Below are positions 46,003-55,441 of a stretch of DNA of 64,000 nt, one piece after another. A program made the position numbers and the translations under genes. The stretch is from Pseudomonadota bacterium. GTDB lineage: Bacteria; Pseudomonadota; Alphaproteobacteria; Rhizobiales; Rhizobiaceae. The notes beneath the pieces were generated by a model. That model saw nothing but the letters and a program-made list of their open reading frames with translations, was not told the origin of the DNA and searched no databases. Within the stretch, counting starts at the first letter, position 1. Every line of letters starts with the position of its first letter. The DNA is taken from assembly GCA_039198355.1 (NCBI GenBank), contig JBCCTO010000012.1, positions 8,621 to 72,620 on the forward strand, in the 5' to 3' direction.

Positions 46003-46812
46003 ATGGAAACGCGCACTCTTTTTGCAACGCTTCTTTTGTCCGCAAGCCTTGGCACCTCGTCGGTTTTTGCGCAAAGCGCCGTGCAGGCCGTGGATGGTGG
46101 TACGATTGACCCCATGGTCACCGGTTCGGTGAAAACGCCGGGTGGGTTTGACGCCCGTGGGGTGGTGATGGCCAATGCGGAGATTACGCTGGGGGCTGGC
46201 CTTGCCGCGAAAATCAAGTCCATGCCGTTTAAGGCAGGGGACAGTTTTTACGAAGGCGATCAGCTCGTCTCTTTTGACTGCGCCAAGCAGCAGGCGGAGT
46301 TACGCGGGGCCAAGGCCACGCTGGGCAAAGCAGCCTCTTTCTATTCCGGCAAAAAGCGGCTGTTGAACCGGGGCGCTGCGGGCAAGCAGGAAGTGCGGGA
46401 GGCCGCCGCAGATGTGGCTGCCGCAAAGGCAAACGCCGATGCGCTGGCGGAAACCATCAGCCTTTGCAGCATTGCAGCACCTTTTTCCGGCCGCGTGGTG
46501 GAGCGCCATGCGGAGACCCATGAAATTCCGGCTGCCAATGCGCCCATCATGACCGTTGTTGACGACAGCGCATTGGAATTGGACCTGATCGTCCCCTCCA
46601 CCTGGCTGCGCTGGGTGAAGAAGGGCTCCACCTTCAACTTCTCCGTGGATGAGTTGGGCGCAGGCTTCAACGCCAAGGTGATCCGCATTGGCGCCAAGGT
46701 GGATGCCGTGAGCCAGACGGTGAAACTGACCGGCACGTTTGTGAATAAGCCAGGCAGTGTGCTCGCCGGTATGAGCGGCACAGCCAATTTCAACGCGCCA
46801 GCCTCTAACTAA
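46003..46812 (+). CDS. periplasmic HlyD/MFP-type adaptor (biotinyl-lipoyl plus beta-barrel), signal-peptide form
   Basis: ORF 45964..46812, with the start at ATG 46003 (METRTLFATLLLSASLGTSSVFAQ). Contains SFYEGDQLVSFDC, a coiled-coil hairpin, APFSGRVVERH and VKLTGTF. Confidence 0.75.
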   Translation: METRTLFATLLLSASLGTSSVFAQSAVQAVDGGTIDPMVTGSVKTPGGFDARGVVMANAEITLGAGLAAKIKSMPFKAGDSFYEGDQLVSFDCAKQQAELRGAKATLGKAASFYSGKKRLLNRGAAGKQEVREAAADVAAAKANADALAETISLCSIAAPFSGRVVERHAETHEIPAANAPIMTVVDDSALELDLIVPSTWLRWVKKGSTFNFSVDELGAGFNAKVIRIGAKVDAVSQTVKLTGTFVNKPGSVLAGMSGTANFNAPASN

Positions 46813-46875
46813 ATCTCCCCGCCCGGATTGTAGCAGACCGGGCGGACCACTCCTTGGCCGGGAAGGCAATGCACC

Positions 46876-48402
46876 ATGGTTCAGCACATGCCCCGGCCAA
46901 CCCCCCAAAACCAGCCAAACGCGCATCAGCAAGCCGCTAAACCCTCTGTGAACGGGGCGGATGCGGCGCGGCTCTTGCGCCAAAAGGCCAGTCGCCTTTC
47001 GCAGGCTGGTGGGGCAGGGCAGGCAGCGCCTGCACCCCAAAAGCAAGCGGCTGTCTCTACCAAACCCAAGCCTGCCCGAGAGGCCGATCTGGCCAACGGG
47101 CTTTTGGCGCTGGAGCGGGAAGCGCGTCAGGCGCAGACGGAAGCGGAACTGGGCTATCTCATCGTCAACGGCTCCCGCGTGGGGGTGCAGTACCGCCAAG
47201 CGATCTTGCTCATGCGTTCTGGACCTGGCGGCCATCGGGCGGAGGCGGTCTCTTCGCTCTCCGCCATTGACCGCAATGCCACGTTTATCCGGTGGGTGGA
47301 GCGGCTGGCCAAGGATAAGCTGAATAAGGAAACGATGGCTAAAGTGCTGTCGTTCGACGCCAAGGCGGAAGCGGCTTCCAGTGATCTGGACGCATCGTCT
47401 TACCCGTTTGGGCAGATAGCGCTGCTGCCCCTTCAATTGCGGGACGGCACGGTGTTTGCTCACCTGATGCTCACCCGGGAATCCCAGTGGGATGAGAAGG
47501 CGCTGGTTTCCGCCGCACGGCTTTGCGAGACCTACTCCCATGCGTGGGAAGCACTGACCGGGCCGAAGCGGGCCAAGCGGAAATTGCGCTCTAAGACATT
47601 GCTGTGGACGGCGCTCGGTGTTGGCATTCTGGCCGCCGGATTCTGGCCCACAAAGCTCTCCGTGCTGGCCCCGGCGGAAGTGTCTGCGGCCAATGCCTAT
47701 GTGGTGGCCTCTCCCATCGATGGAACCATTGAGACGGTGGAGGTTGACCCTAATACGAAGGTGACGGCGGGGCAGGTGCTGTTCACCTATAATGACACGG
47801 AATTGCGCAATCAGGTGGAGCTTGCAGGGCAAGCGGTGGGCGTGGCCGAAGCGCGCTATCAGCAGTCGCTGCGCACATCATTTGCCGATCCCAAGGCGAA
47901 GCGGGAATTGGCCATCGTCCAGTCCGAATTGCGGTTGAAGGCGGGGGAATATGATTATGCCCGCGAGTTGCTGGCCAAAACCAAGGTCATGGCCCCCCGC
48001 GATGGGCTGATTATTTTTGCCGACAAGGACACTTGGACGGGCCGCCCCGTTTCCACCGGCGAACGCATCATGCGTATTGCAGACCCGGCGCAGGTGGAGC
48101 TTTCCATCAACCTGCCGGTGGCCGATGCCATCGTGCTGGAAGAGGGCGCAGAGGTTCAGTTGTACCTGGACAGTGACCCGCTGAAGGCCATTGATGCGAA
48201 GCTGGAAAGCGCCTCGTTCCACGCCACCCCGGATGGTGAAAACGTGTTGAGCTACCGCGTGAAAGCCCGCTTTGACGGGGAGAACAATGCCCCCCGTATC
48301 GGACTTCGCGGTACAGCGAAGGTTTACGGCGAAGACGTGACGCTGGCCTATTTCCTCTTCCGCAAACCCCTCGCAGTGATCCGGCAATGGACGGGGCTTT
48401 AA
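46876..48402 (+). CDS. inner-membrane-anchored HlyD-type adaptor with ~230-aa cytoplasmic N-terminal domain
   Basis: Disordered N-terminus, then a globular segment (GYLIVNGSRVGVQYRQAILLMRSG...), TM helix LLWTALGVGILAAGFW, then HlyD blocks (VASPIDGTIETVEVDPNTKVTAGQVLF, VMAPRDGLIIF). Confidence 0.7.
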   Translation: MVQHMPRPTPQNQPNAHQQAAKPSVNGADAARLLRQKASRLSQAGGAGQAAPAPQKQAAVSTKPKPAREADLANGLLALEREARQAQTEAELGYLIVNGSRVGVQYRQAILLMRSGPGGHRAEAVSSLSAIDRNATFIRWVERLAKDKLNKETMAKVLSFDAKAEAASSDLDASSYPFGQIALLPLQLRDGTVFAHLMLTRESQWDEKALVSAARLCETYSHAWEALTGPKRAKRKLRSKTLLWTALGVGILAAGFWPTKLSVLAPAEVSAANAYVVASPIDGTIETVEVDPNTKVTAGQVLFTYNDTELRNQVELAGQAVGVAEARYQQSLRTSFADPKAKRELAIVQSELRLKAGEYDYARELLAKTKVMAPRDGLIIFADKDTWTGRPVSTGERIMRIADPAQVELSINLPVADAIVLEEGAEVQLYLDSDPLKAIDAKLESASFHATPDGENVLSYRVKARFDGENNAPRIGLRGTAKVYGEDVTLAYFLFRKPLAVIRQWTGL

Positions 48403-50540
48403 AGGCGGAGACCAAGGAAGCCGTCCCGCTTCCCATCCTGCGGGATGATTTGGAAATTGTGCCCGCCGCCGCGCAAACCAATGGCGCGCCCGCTTGGGTT
48501 ATCTACGACCCCGTAGCCAATCGCTACTTTGAGATTGGGCGGGAAATTCTGGACATGTTGCTTTTGTGGCGGGTGGGCACGGTGGATGTGCTGATCCGCA
48601 AATTGCGCAGCGAATTCGGCAAGGTGGTGAGTGAAGAGGAAGTGTCGGACACGATGCACTTTCTCATTTCCAATGCGCTGGTGCGGGATATTCCCGGCAA
48701 TGATTATCGCACCATGGCGCAGAAAGAGGCGGAGAAGAAAAAGAGCTGGCTGTCCACGGCCATGCACTCCTACCTCTTCTTTCGCATTCCGCTCTTTCGC
48801 CCGGATCGGTTTTTGCATGCCACATGGCCGCTAGTCTGGCCATTGTTCACGCGAGCGGCGGTCTGGGTTTATGTGCTTATGGGTCTTTTCGGCCTCTATT
48901 TGGTGTCGCGCCAGTGGGACCAGTTTACGGGCACGTTTCAATTTATGATGTCATGGCACGGGGCGGCGCTGTACTTCGCAAGCCTTGTGTTCGTGAAGTC
49001 TATCCACGAATTGGGCCACGCCTATATGGCCGTGCGCTACGGTTTGCGCGTGCCCACCATTGGCATCGCCTTTATGGTGCTGATGCCGGTTCTGTATACG
49101 GATACGTCAGGCGCATGGCGGCTTCCCTCCCGCCGCAAGCGGTTGATGATCGACGGGGCGGGCATTTTCACCGAACTGGCCATGGCCTCCATCGCCACAC
49201 TGATCTGGGTGTTTTTGCCCGACGGGGGCCTGCGCCTTTGCGTGTTTGCTATCGCCACCACGTCTTGGGTCACATCTTTGGTGGTGAACCTGAACCCGCT
49301 CATGCGGTTTGACGGCTATTACATTCTCTCTGACACGCTGGGCTTTGGGAACCTTCAAAACCGGTCCTTCGAGATGGCCCGCTGGCGTATGCGCGAATTG
49401 CTGTTTGGGCTGGGGGAGGCACCGCCAGAGCAATTGTCCACCCGCATGCGGCGCATGGTGATCGTCCACGCCTGGGCCACTTGGATTTACCGCTTCTTCC
49501 TCTTTTTGGGCATCGCACTGCTCGTCTACACGTTTTTCATCAAGATCGTCGGCATACTCTTGTTTGTCGTGGAAATCCTCTGGTTCATCCTCATGCCGTT
49601 GGGGCGGGAGGTGGCCCATTGGTGGAGTATTCGGAGGCAGATTATGGCTGCAAAACGTATTCTTGTAACCGGGTCCGTGATGGCCGGGCTGGTGGTTCTC
49701 TCCATCATTCCCTGGTCCACCCACATCACCGTGCCCTCGCTGATGACGGCCCAACAGGAGCAGCGCCTGTTTGCGCCTTTCCCGGCGCAGGTGGTGACCA
49801 TGAACCTTTCCGAAGGGGCACAGGTGCGCGCAGGGGACGTGCTGGTGGAACTGGCTTCCCCCAAATTGGAGCGGGACCATGCCTTGGCACTGGAGCGCAA
49901 GGCGTTGCTGGAAAATCGTATTGACCGCACCAGCGCCGATGCTGAAGACCGCGCTTCGCTGATCGTGCTGGAAAATGAGTTGAAAGAAGTGCGCGAAGAA
50001 CTGGACGGCTTGGAAAGGGTTCGGGCCAAAATGGTCGTGCGCGCGCCCTTTGATGGCACGCTGTCCGATCTGGACCCGGAATTGCATACGGGTCTTTGGA
50101 TCAACCCCAAGACCCCGCTGGGCATGGTGCGCACGGCGGGTATTAGTCGAATTCGTGGTTATGTGAGTGAACGGGAAGTGTTTCGCTTCAAGGAGGGGGC
50201 TAAGGCCACCTTTATCCCCGACAATCCGGAATTACCCGAGATTGAAGCGCGTGTCGCCAGCGTGGCGGAAGCATCCGCCGAAAAGCTGCGCGAGCCCTAT
50301 TTGGCCATGACCTATGGCGGTTCCATTGCCGTAGCGCAGGGACCGGGCAGCGGTGGCGACAGCAAGGCTTTACGTCCCATGGAGGCGGAATATCCCGTGG
50401 TGTTGGCTCCGGTGAGCGAGACTGCCATGCCCGCCATGGCGGTGCGTGGCGTCACCCGCATCACCGGCAAACCCCGCAGCTTTTACAGCCGTGCAAAACA
50501 GCAAGTGCTGAAAGTATTGGTTAGGGAGATGGGTGTGTAA
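48387..50540 (+). CDS. fusion protein: PqqD/RRE-like N-domain, M50 (site-2-protease) polytopic core, C-terminal HlyD-like periplasmic domain
   Basis: HELGH and NLNPLMRFDGYY (M50 motifs) lie within about 6-8 TM helices. The N-terminus is WVIYDPVANRYFEIGREILDMLLLWRVGTVDVLIRKL..EEEVSDTMHFLISNALV. The C-terminus has LFAPFPAQVVTMNLSEGAQVRAGDVLVEL, a coiled coil, then VRAPFDGTLSDL. It overlaps the previous gene by 16 nt. Confidence 0.8.
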   Translation: MDGALKAETKEAVPLPILRDDLEIVPAAAQTNGAPAWVIYDPVANRYFEIGREILDMLLLWRVGTVDVLIRKLRSEFGKVVSEEEVSDTMHFLISNALVRDIPGNDYRTMAQKEAEKKKSWLSTAMHSYLFFRIPLFRPDRFLHATWPLVWPLFTRAAVWVYVLMGLFGLYLVSRQWDQFTGTFQFMMSWHGAALYFASLVFVKSIHELGHAYMAVRYGLRVPTIGIAFMVLMPVLYTDTSGAWRLPSRRKRLMIDGAGIFTELAMASIATLIWVFLPDGGLRLCVFAIATTSWVTSLVVNLNPLMRFDGYYILSDTLGFGNLQNRSFEMARWRMRELLFGLGEAPPEQLSTRMRRMVIVHAWATWIYRFFLFLGIALLVYTFFIKIVGILLFVVEILWFILMPLGREVAHWWSIRRQIMAAKRILVTGSVMAGLVVLSIIPWSTHITVPSLMTAQQEQRLFAPFPAQVVTMNLSEGAQVRAGDVLVELASPKLERDHALALERKALLENRIDRTSADAEDRASLIVLENELKEVREELDGLERVRAKMVVRAPFDGTLSDLDPELHTGLWINPKTPLGMVRTAGISRIRGYVSEREVFRFKEGAKATFIPDNPELPEIEARVASVAEASAEKLREPYLAMTYGGSIAVAQGPGSGGDSKALRPMEAEYPVVLAPVSETAMPAMAVRGVTRITGKPRSFYSRAKQQVLKVLVREMGV

Positions 50541-50550
50541 CCTGCCTTGG

Positions 50551-50580
50551 CTGTCATCCCCGCCTATGCGGGAATGACAG
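50551..50580. repeat. REP-like hairpin CTGTCATCCCCGC-CTAT-GCGGGAATGACAG after the M50 gene
   Basis: 13-bp stem with one mismatch, 11 nt after the stop codon and with no U-run. It resembles common alphaproteobacterial intergenic palindromes. Confidence 0.45.
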
Positions 50581-50691
50581 TGTGCTATTTGGCACCTGGC
50601 AGGACCTACTCCACATCATCATGCTGGCAAAACGTCGCGGTGGCTCTATATTAGTGTTAGCCCTAAATGCCCCCGCCCGATGGAGACCCCC

Positions 50692-51780
50692 ATGGCCAGC
50701 CTTGCCAAATTTGACAGCCAGATCGAACGTACCCGCTCCACCGTGGAGGAGATGCGCGAAAAGATAAAGCAATCCGGCGTGGTGCTGGAAAAGATGGCCA
50801 AGTCAGAAACCATCGGTGAGGCGGATTTCGACATTGAAAACGCCCGCATTCAGGACGTGTTGCGCCAGCAGCAGGTGATGGAGGGCAATATTGCTGATCT
50901 CATCATCGGGCTGGAGGATGCCACCAATGTGTTTGGTTCCGAATTCGAATCCATGAAGTCCTATACGGGCTATGAGAAGTTTATTTCCATCTTCTCCAAA
51001 CAACGTGCCCAGCGCATGCGCACGGACCGGGTGCGCAACATGTCGCTTTCCGGCAATTTGCAGGAATTGCTCACCAAGTCCGACACGATCACGGGCATTT
51101 TGCAGGAGCAGGAGAAAATTCTCACCGAGCGCTACGACCAGTCGGAAAATTCCCTGCGGGAGGTGATCGAGCGGCGCAAGGGCACCATCAACATGCTGGA
51201 AGAAACCCAAAACCGCATCGAAGAACTGAACCCCATGCTGCTGGACTTGGAAAACCAGATTTCCGTGGCCACGGATCAGACCAAGCGGGCGGAACTGGAA
51301 GGCCAGCGCTCCGAAATGGCGACCGAATACAACCAGCTTCAGGCCAAGGAGCAAGAGCTCTTGGCGGAAAGCCAGACGCTGGAGCGCTATACATCCATGT
51401 TCCAGACCTTTGTGGATTCGTTGAATAATCAGAAAGCAGCGCAGGCCACGCTCATCAACAAACTGACCATCGATACCGAGCAACGCATCGTCCTCTACAA
51501 GGCGCTGGAAGACTCATTGAAAACGGCCGCCCAACAGGACGTGGCTCACAAAATCAACACGCTGGGCAATCAGGTGGACACGGCAGCTGAAAGCACCATG
51601 GCTGGCATCGGTGCGGCGGCCCAAAGTCATATTGGCGATCTGCTGGAAATGCATGAGAAAAACATGGTGTCTACGCAAGACATCCAGCGCCGTAAACAAT
51701 TGGCTGATGATGCATTTGCCCGCCGCTTCGCCGAGGTAATGGAGAAGCACAACAAGGCGGATTATGTGGCCCAAAGTTAA
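50692..51780 (+). CDS. all-helical coiled-coil protein, TelA/YaaN-like (tentative)
   Basis: ORF 50680..51780; ATG 50692 is preferred (GGAGA 5 nt upstream). Heptad-rich along its whole length. The segment YEKFISIFSKQRAQRMRTDRVRNMSLSGNLQELLTKSDTITGILQEQEKIL resembles the TelA core as I remember it. Confidence 0.55.
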   Translation: MASLAKFDSQIERTRSTVEEMREKIKQSGVVLEKMAKSETIGEADFDIENARIQDVLRQQQVMEGNIADLIIGLEDATNVFGSEFESMKSYTGYEKFISIFSKQRAQRMRTDRVRNMSLSGNLQELLTKSDTITGILQEQEKILTERYDQSENSLREVIERRKGTINMLEETQNRIEELNPMLLDLENQISVATDQTKRAELEGQRSEMATEYNQLQAKEQELLAESQTLERYTSMFQTFVDSLNNQKAAQATLINKLTIDTEQRIVLYKALEDSLKTAAQQDVAHKINTLGNQVDTAAESTMAGIGAAAQSHIGDLLEMHEKNMVSTQDIQRRKQLADDAFARRFAEVMEKHNKADYVAQS

Positions 51781-51801
51781 TGTAAGCGCCGGGGCCAACG
51801 T

Positions 51802-53001
51802 TTGCGGAATGACCCTGTGAGCGATTTGAAAGAGAAAATGGAAGCTCCAAAGGGGCGTGCGGATAGCGAGGCTGCAGCCGAACGCTATTTCCGCGCCATT
51901 GATGCGGCGCTGGAAGGGTTGGACACCTATTTGGGGGACGAGCAGGAGTCACCTCTCTACAATCACCAACTCACGGGCGCCATTCTGGAAAGCTATATTG
52001 ACCGGATGCGCCAGTCTTTTCGCGCTTGGGAAGACCGGCTGGCCTTTTCCAGCCGGTTTCGCATCAACCGCGCCGAAAGCGGCTATCCCCTTCTTCAGCA
52101 TGTGATGGAGTTGGACAAAGACGCGCGCGATGCCTCCAAACAACTTGCGGCGCTGCCGTCCGCCGACCAGTTGCGCAAGGACATGGTGGATTTCATTCTG
52201 CTGAAGAATAAGTTCCCTGCCGAGGTTCAAAAGACGCTGGCGCGGCGTATGTATCTGGAAGAAGTGGAGGGACGAGAGGTATTTCGCCCCTTCATTCTGC
52301 CCCAGAGCGTGCGCGTTGGGTTTAACGAGAAAAGCAAACGTCCCTTTTATGTGGTTCACTGGGGGGCGTTTGATGGGGCCGCCCATCTGCCCCTCGTTTA
52401 TGTAGCCGTGATCGAAGATTCCTCAGGCACCATGGCCAAACTGCTGCTGGAAGGCGGTAAGTTGAAGGAGGATTTGGATGTTCCTTTTCCGATCGGCGGC
52501 CTGTTGAACCCTGATTTGGCCCACCAGTTCGACGATTTCTGCGAGAAAAACTCTGCCTACGGGCTGACGCTGATGACCATCGCCGACAATATGGACAAGG
52601 ACTTCGAGCACCTGCACCCCACGCAATTGCGCCGCATTGTGATGGGCCCTTTCTATTCAGCCGGTGTCACCAGCCATGGCGGGTTGGTGACCGGAATTCT
52701 CGATCAGGTCCATAATACGAAAAACGCCTGGATGCTCACATGGACCCAGCAGGAGCTCTATTCCATCTCGGAAACCCCCGCGAAATGGGGCTTGTTTTCC
52801 TCAACACCCGCGCGCCAGACTTACCATATCGAAACCGGCGATCTGGAAGCCGTGCGACAGGGCGTGAGTGCCTATGAACGCCACGCTCTGGTGCCACACG
52901 AGGCCTATCAGGCCATCTATGCCAGTGGGAAACGGGATGCGGTTTTTGGGGGGTACAAGACCCATGTCGTGAGCGGGCGGCAGGTGTTGCGGGACTTTTG
53001 A
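51802..53001 (+). CDS. hypothetical protein (~390-399 aa), family not recognised
   Basis: Long ORF with the same strand and composition as its neighbours. TTG 51802 is in the track; GTG 51817 and ATG 51838 are alternative starts. Confidence 0.6.
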   Translation: MRNDPVSDLKEKMEAPKGRADSEAAAERYFRAIDAALEGLDTYLGDEQESPLYNHQLTGAILESYIDRMRQSFRAWEDRLAFSSRFRINRAESGYPLLQHVMELDKDARDASKQLAALPSADQLRKDMVDFILLKNKFPAEVQKTLARRMYLEEVEGREVFRPFILPQSVRVGFNEKSKRPFYVVHWGAFDGAAHLPLVYVAVIEDSSGTMAKLLLEGGKLKEDLDVPFPIGGLLNPDLAHQFDDFCEKNSAYGLTLMTIADNMDKDFEHLHPTQLRRIVMGPFYSAGVTSHGGLVTGILDQVHNTKNAWMLTWTQQELYSISETPAKWGLFSSTPARQTYHIETGDLEAVRQGVSAYERHALVPHEAYQAIYASGKRDAVFGGYKTHVVSGRQVLRDF

Positions 53002-53052
53002 GGGTGGTACCGTTCCTGTTTTTTCCTATGTCAAGGATTGAAGGAGAGTGAC

Positions 53053-53238
53053 ATGAGCTTTGAAGGTGAGATCGATAAAGACAACTGGGATGAGTATCGT
53101 GCTCTGGAAAAACAGGTCTCCGAGCGCAACATGCGAAGGTCTGCTGCTTACCGAGACTGGCATGACTGGGCAAGACTTGGCGTTCTCACCTGCGTTGCGT
53201 TCATAGTCATAATTCTCGCTGACTGGTTGTTGAATTAA
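53053..53238 (+). CDS. tail-anchored microprotein 1 (61 aa: acidic/charged N-part plus C-terminal TM)
   Basis: AAGGAG SD lies 7 nt before ATG 53053 (the track ORF starts at TTG 53038). Sequence is MSFEGEIDKDNWDEYRALEKQV...LGVLTCVAFIVIILADWLL. The segment is more AT-rich than its flanks. Confidence 0.5.
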   Translation: MSFEGEIDKDNWDEYRALEKQVSERNMRRSAAYRDWHDWARLGVLTCVAFIVIILADWLLN

Positions 53239-53424
53239 GTGGACTACACTGACGATGATCTGGACGATGAGCTCAAGCGTCGAAAAATTTATGAAAGTCG
53301 AGCTTTAGCGGACAAATACAGGGCAGAAACCGAATATATTCGCGCTCAAACCAAATATTATGCCGTATTTATTGCAACTGGCTTGGCAGCCGCTGTTCTA
53401 GCTTTCGTGAAATTGGTTCTTTGA
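53239..53424 (+). CDS. tail-anchored microprotein 2 (61 aa, same architecture)
   Basis: The GTG start comes immediately after the previous TAA. Sequence is DYTDDDLDDELKRRKIYES...YYAVFIATGLAAAVLAFVKLVL. Its stop lies 1 nt before the AAA+ ATG. Confidence 0.45.
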   Translation: MDYTDDDLDDELKRRKIYESRALADKYRAETEYIRAQTKYYAVFIATGLAAAVLAFVKLVL

Positions 53425-53425
53425 T

Positions 53426-55330
53426 ATGGACGCTTCCCTCTCCACCCTTTCCGAACAGGATATTGAAAAGCACATCCCTGTCGCTGCATCTCTTATCAAG
53501 CGGTTTGTGCAGGTGCAGGTGGGGGGCAATGAAAACCGCACTGAGATTGCGGGCACGCGGCGGCGTTTTGTATCCACGGTCTCCACAGGCGGCACGAAAT
53601 CTACCCGTGAGGTGGAGTTTTCTCAGACTGTTACCGCGCTCAACAACGGGGATGCGCTGCTGTCTCCTGCCCAGCACGCCCTGATCTACAATACCCGCCG
53701 TGGGCTGGCGGTGGCTCTGGCTGTGGGTGATCTGTTTGCCGATCAAACTGGGCTTGATGCGCTTACACAACGCAACAAGTCTGGTGATCTTTCCAGTGAG
53801 GACACCTCGCGTTTTCGGGCCTTGGTGGAATCCTCTGCCTATGTCGTGGCATTCACCGCGGCGGCCTATCTGCTGCAAATGCTGCCCGAAGAGGGGGAGC
53901 TGGCCAGCGATGTGGCCGAACCGGAATTTCTGTTCGACACGCCGCAAGATGCGCTCAAAGGGTTGGTTGCTGCCTTAAACACCGCAGTGGAGGGTGCTGT
54001 AGACGACAAGGTGATGGTGGCCCGCGCTCGTCAGGCAGCACGACTAGCACTTGATGATTTGCTCTCCCGTCGCGCGCGCTTCACCGGCCTTGGCCCCTTT
54101 GAAAATGTGCATTTGCGGCTGGAAAGCGATGGGTTCGAACTAAATGGGTTTGATGTTGCCCCCGGGGCCAAGCGCACCAAGCTGGTGATGCAGTTCAAGA
54201 AGCCTAACGAAATCATTGGCAACCACATCGCGAAATATCAGGCCATGAAACTGGCCAAAATGCTTATGGCCTATGACTTTGAGCGCCAGATGAACCCCTT
54301 TGTGGACCTGGGCGGTTTCCTGTTCACCTTCATCGGCGATGGCGCGCCCGGCACCGGTAAGACCATCCTGATCCAGATGATTGCCGGGATGATAAACGAT
54401 TACTGCCAGATGGCAGGCTATGGGTTCACCTATGAGAATTTTGGGGTGGATCAGATTTCATCCTATCAGGGTAAGTCGGGCCAGAACTGCAAACAGTTTG
54501 TTTCCAATGTGCTGAACCCCAAGACCATCGGGTTTGGCACCATTGACGATATTGACCAAGTGGCCGCGAAACGGGCCGATGATCGCTCCTCCGCCGGTCA
54601 GCAGGAAGTGACCGCCGTGCTGATGGAGAGTTTCGCCGGGGCCAACACGGTGGTGCGCGGCAACTGCACCTTTGGCATGTTCTCCAATTATCCAGAAAAC
54701 GTGGACGATGCCCTGCGCCAGCGGGCCGGGAGTCGCTGGCTGGTGGACGGGCCGCAGACGCGGGCGGACTATATCGATATTTTCGCCCTGCTGGCGGGCA
54801 AGAACCATTCTATCCAGCTGGGCGATCATGATCTTTACGAAGCCCAAGCCATCGAACGGGCGGTGAACGAGGCCTATTCCGATTACAGCAAGCCGCAAGA
54901 GGAAGGTTTGAAAACGGTCTATGACCGGTTTCTGAACGATCACGGAGAACCGCAAACGATCACCGATATCGGCACCTATCTGCACATGATTAAACTGGCC
55001 GAACCCCGCTTCACCGGACGGGCCATCAAAAACATCACCGATGCCATCAAAATGCGCGCCATGGATGTGGAATTGCCGGACGAATGGTTTGAAAAGCCCG
55101 AAGCCTTCGTGGGCAAGGACTATGACGGCAAAAAAGCCATGATCGAGGAGCTTCGGGGGCCATTCACCATGGACATGGTCATGCAGGAGATCAACCGCTA
55201 CGCCGACTCAGAATTCCGCTACTCCGACCGCAGCGATAGCGCTGCGGTGGAAGAGATTATTCGGCGTGAGAGGCAACGGGAACGGGCCATTGGCGAGATC
55301 GAGGCCATGAAAGCCGAGGGGCGGTGGTAG
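53426..55330 (+). CDS. AAA+ ATPase (classical AAA clade-like) with ~300-aa unknown helical N-terminal domain
   Basis: Walker A is GDGAPGTGKTIL and Walker B is GFGTIDDIDQ. Sensor/arginine region is NYPENVDDALRQRAGSRWLVDGP. The C-terminal helical tail ends ..RERAIGEIEAMKAEGRW. Confidence 0.85.
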   Translation: MDASLSTLSEQDIEKHIPVAASLIKRFVQVQVGGNENRTEIAGTRRRFVSTVSTGGTKSTREVEFSQTVTALNNGDALLSPAQHALIYNTRRGLAVALAVGDLFADQTGLDALTQRNKSGDLSSEDTSRFRALVESSAYVVAFTAAAYLLQMLPEEGELASDVAEPEFLFDTPQDALKGLVAALNTAVEGAVDDKVMVARARQAARLALDDLLSRRARFTGLGPFENVHLRLESDGFELNGFDVAPGAKRTKLVMQFKKPNEIIGNHIAKYQAMKLAKMLMAYDFERQMNPFVDLGGFLFTFIGDGAPGTGKTILIQMIAGMINDYCQMAGYGFTYENFGVDQISSYQGKSGQNCKQFVSNVLNPKTIGFGTIDDIDQVAAKRADDRSSAGQQEVTAVLMESFAGANTVVRGNCTFGMFSNYPENVDDALRQRAGSRWLVDGPQTRADYIDIFALLAGKNHSIQLGDHDLYEAQAIERAVNEAYSDYSKPQEEGLKTVYDRFLNDHGEPQTITDIGTYLHMIKLAEPRFTGRAIKNITDAIKMRAMDVELPDEWFEKPEAFVGKDYDGKKAMIEELRGPFTMDMVMQEINRYADSEFRYSDRSDSAAVEEIIRRERQRERAIGEIEAMKAEGRW

Positions 55331-55441
55331 CTTTAGGGCTTATCCAACAAGCGCTTCGAACTCACTTCAAGTCTCATCGGGGTCTGGTATTGGTAACACT
55401 TCCTTTTTCAGCCCCACTTGCCTGTCCCAGATTTGTGGAAG

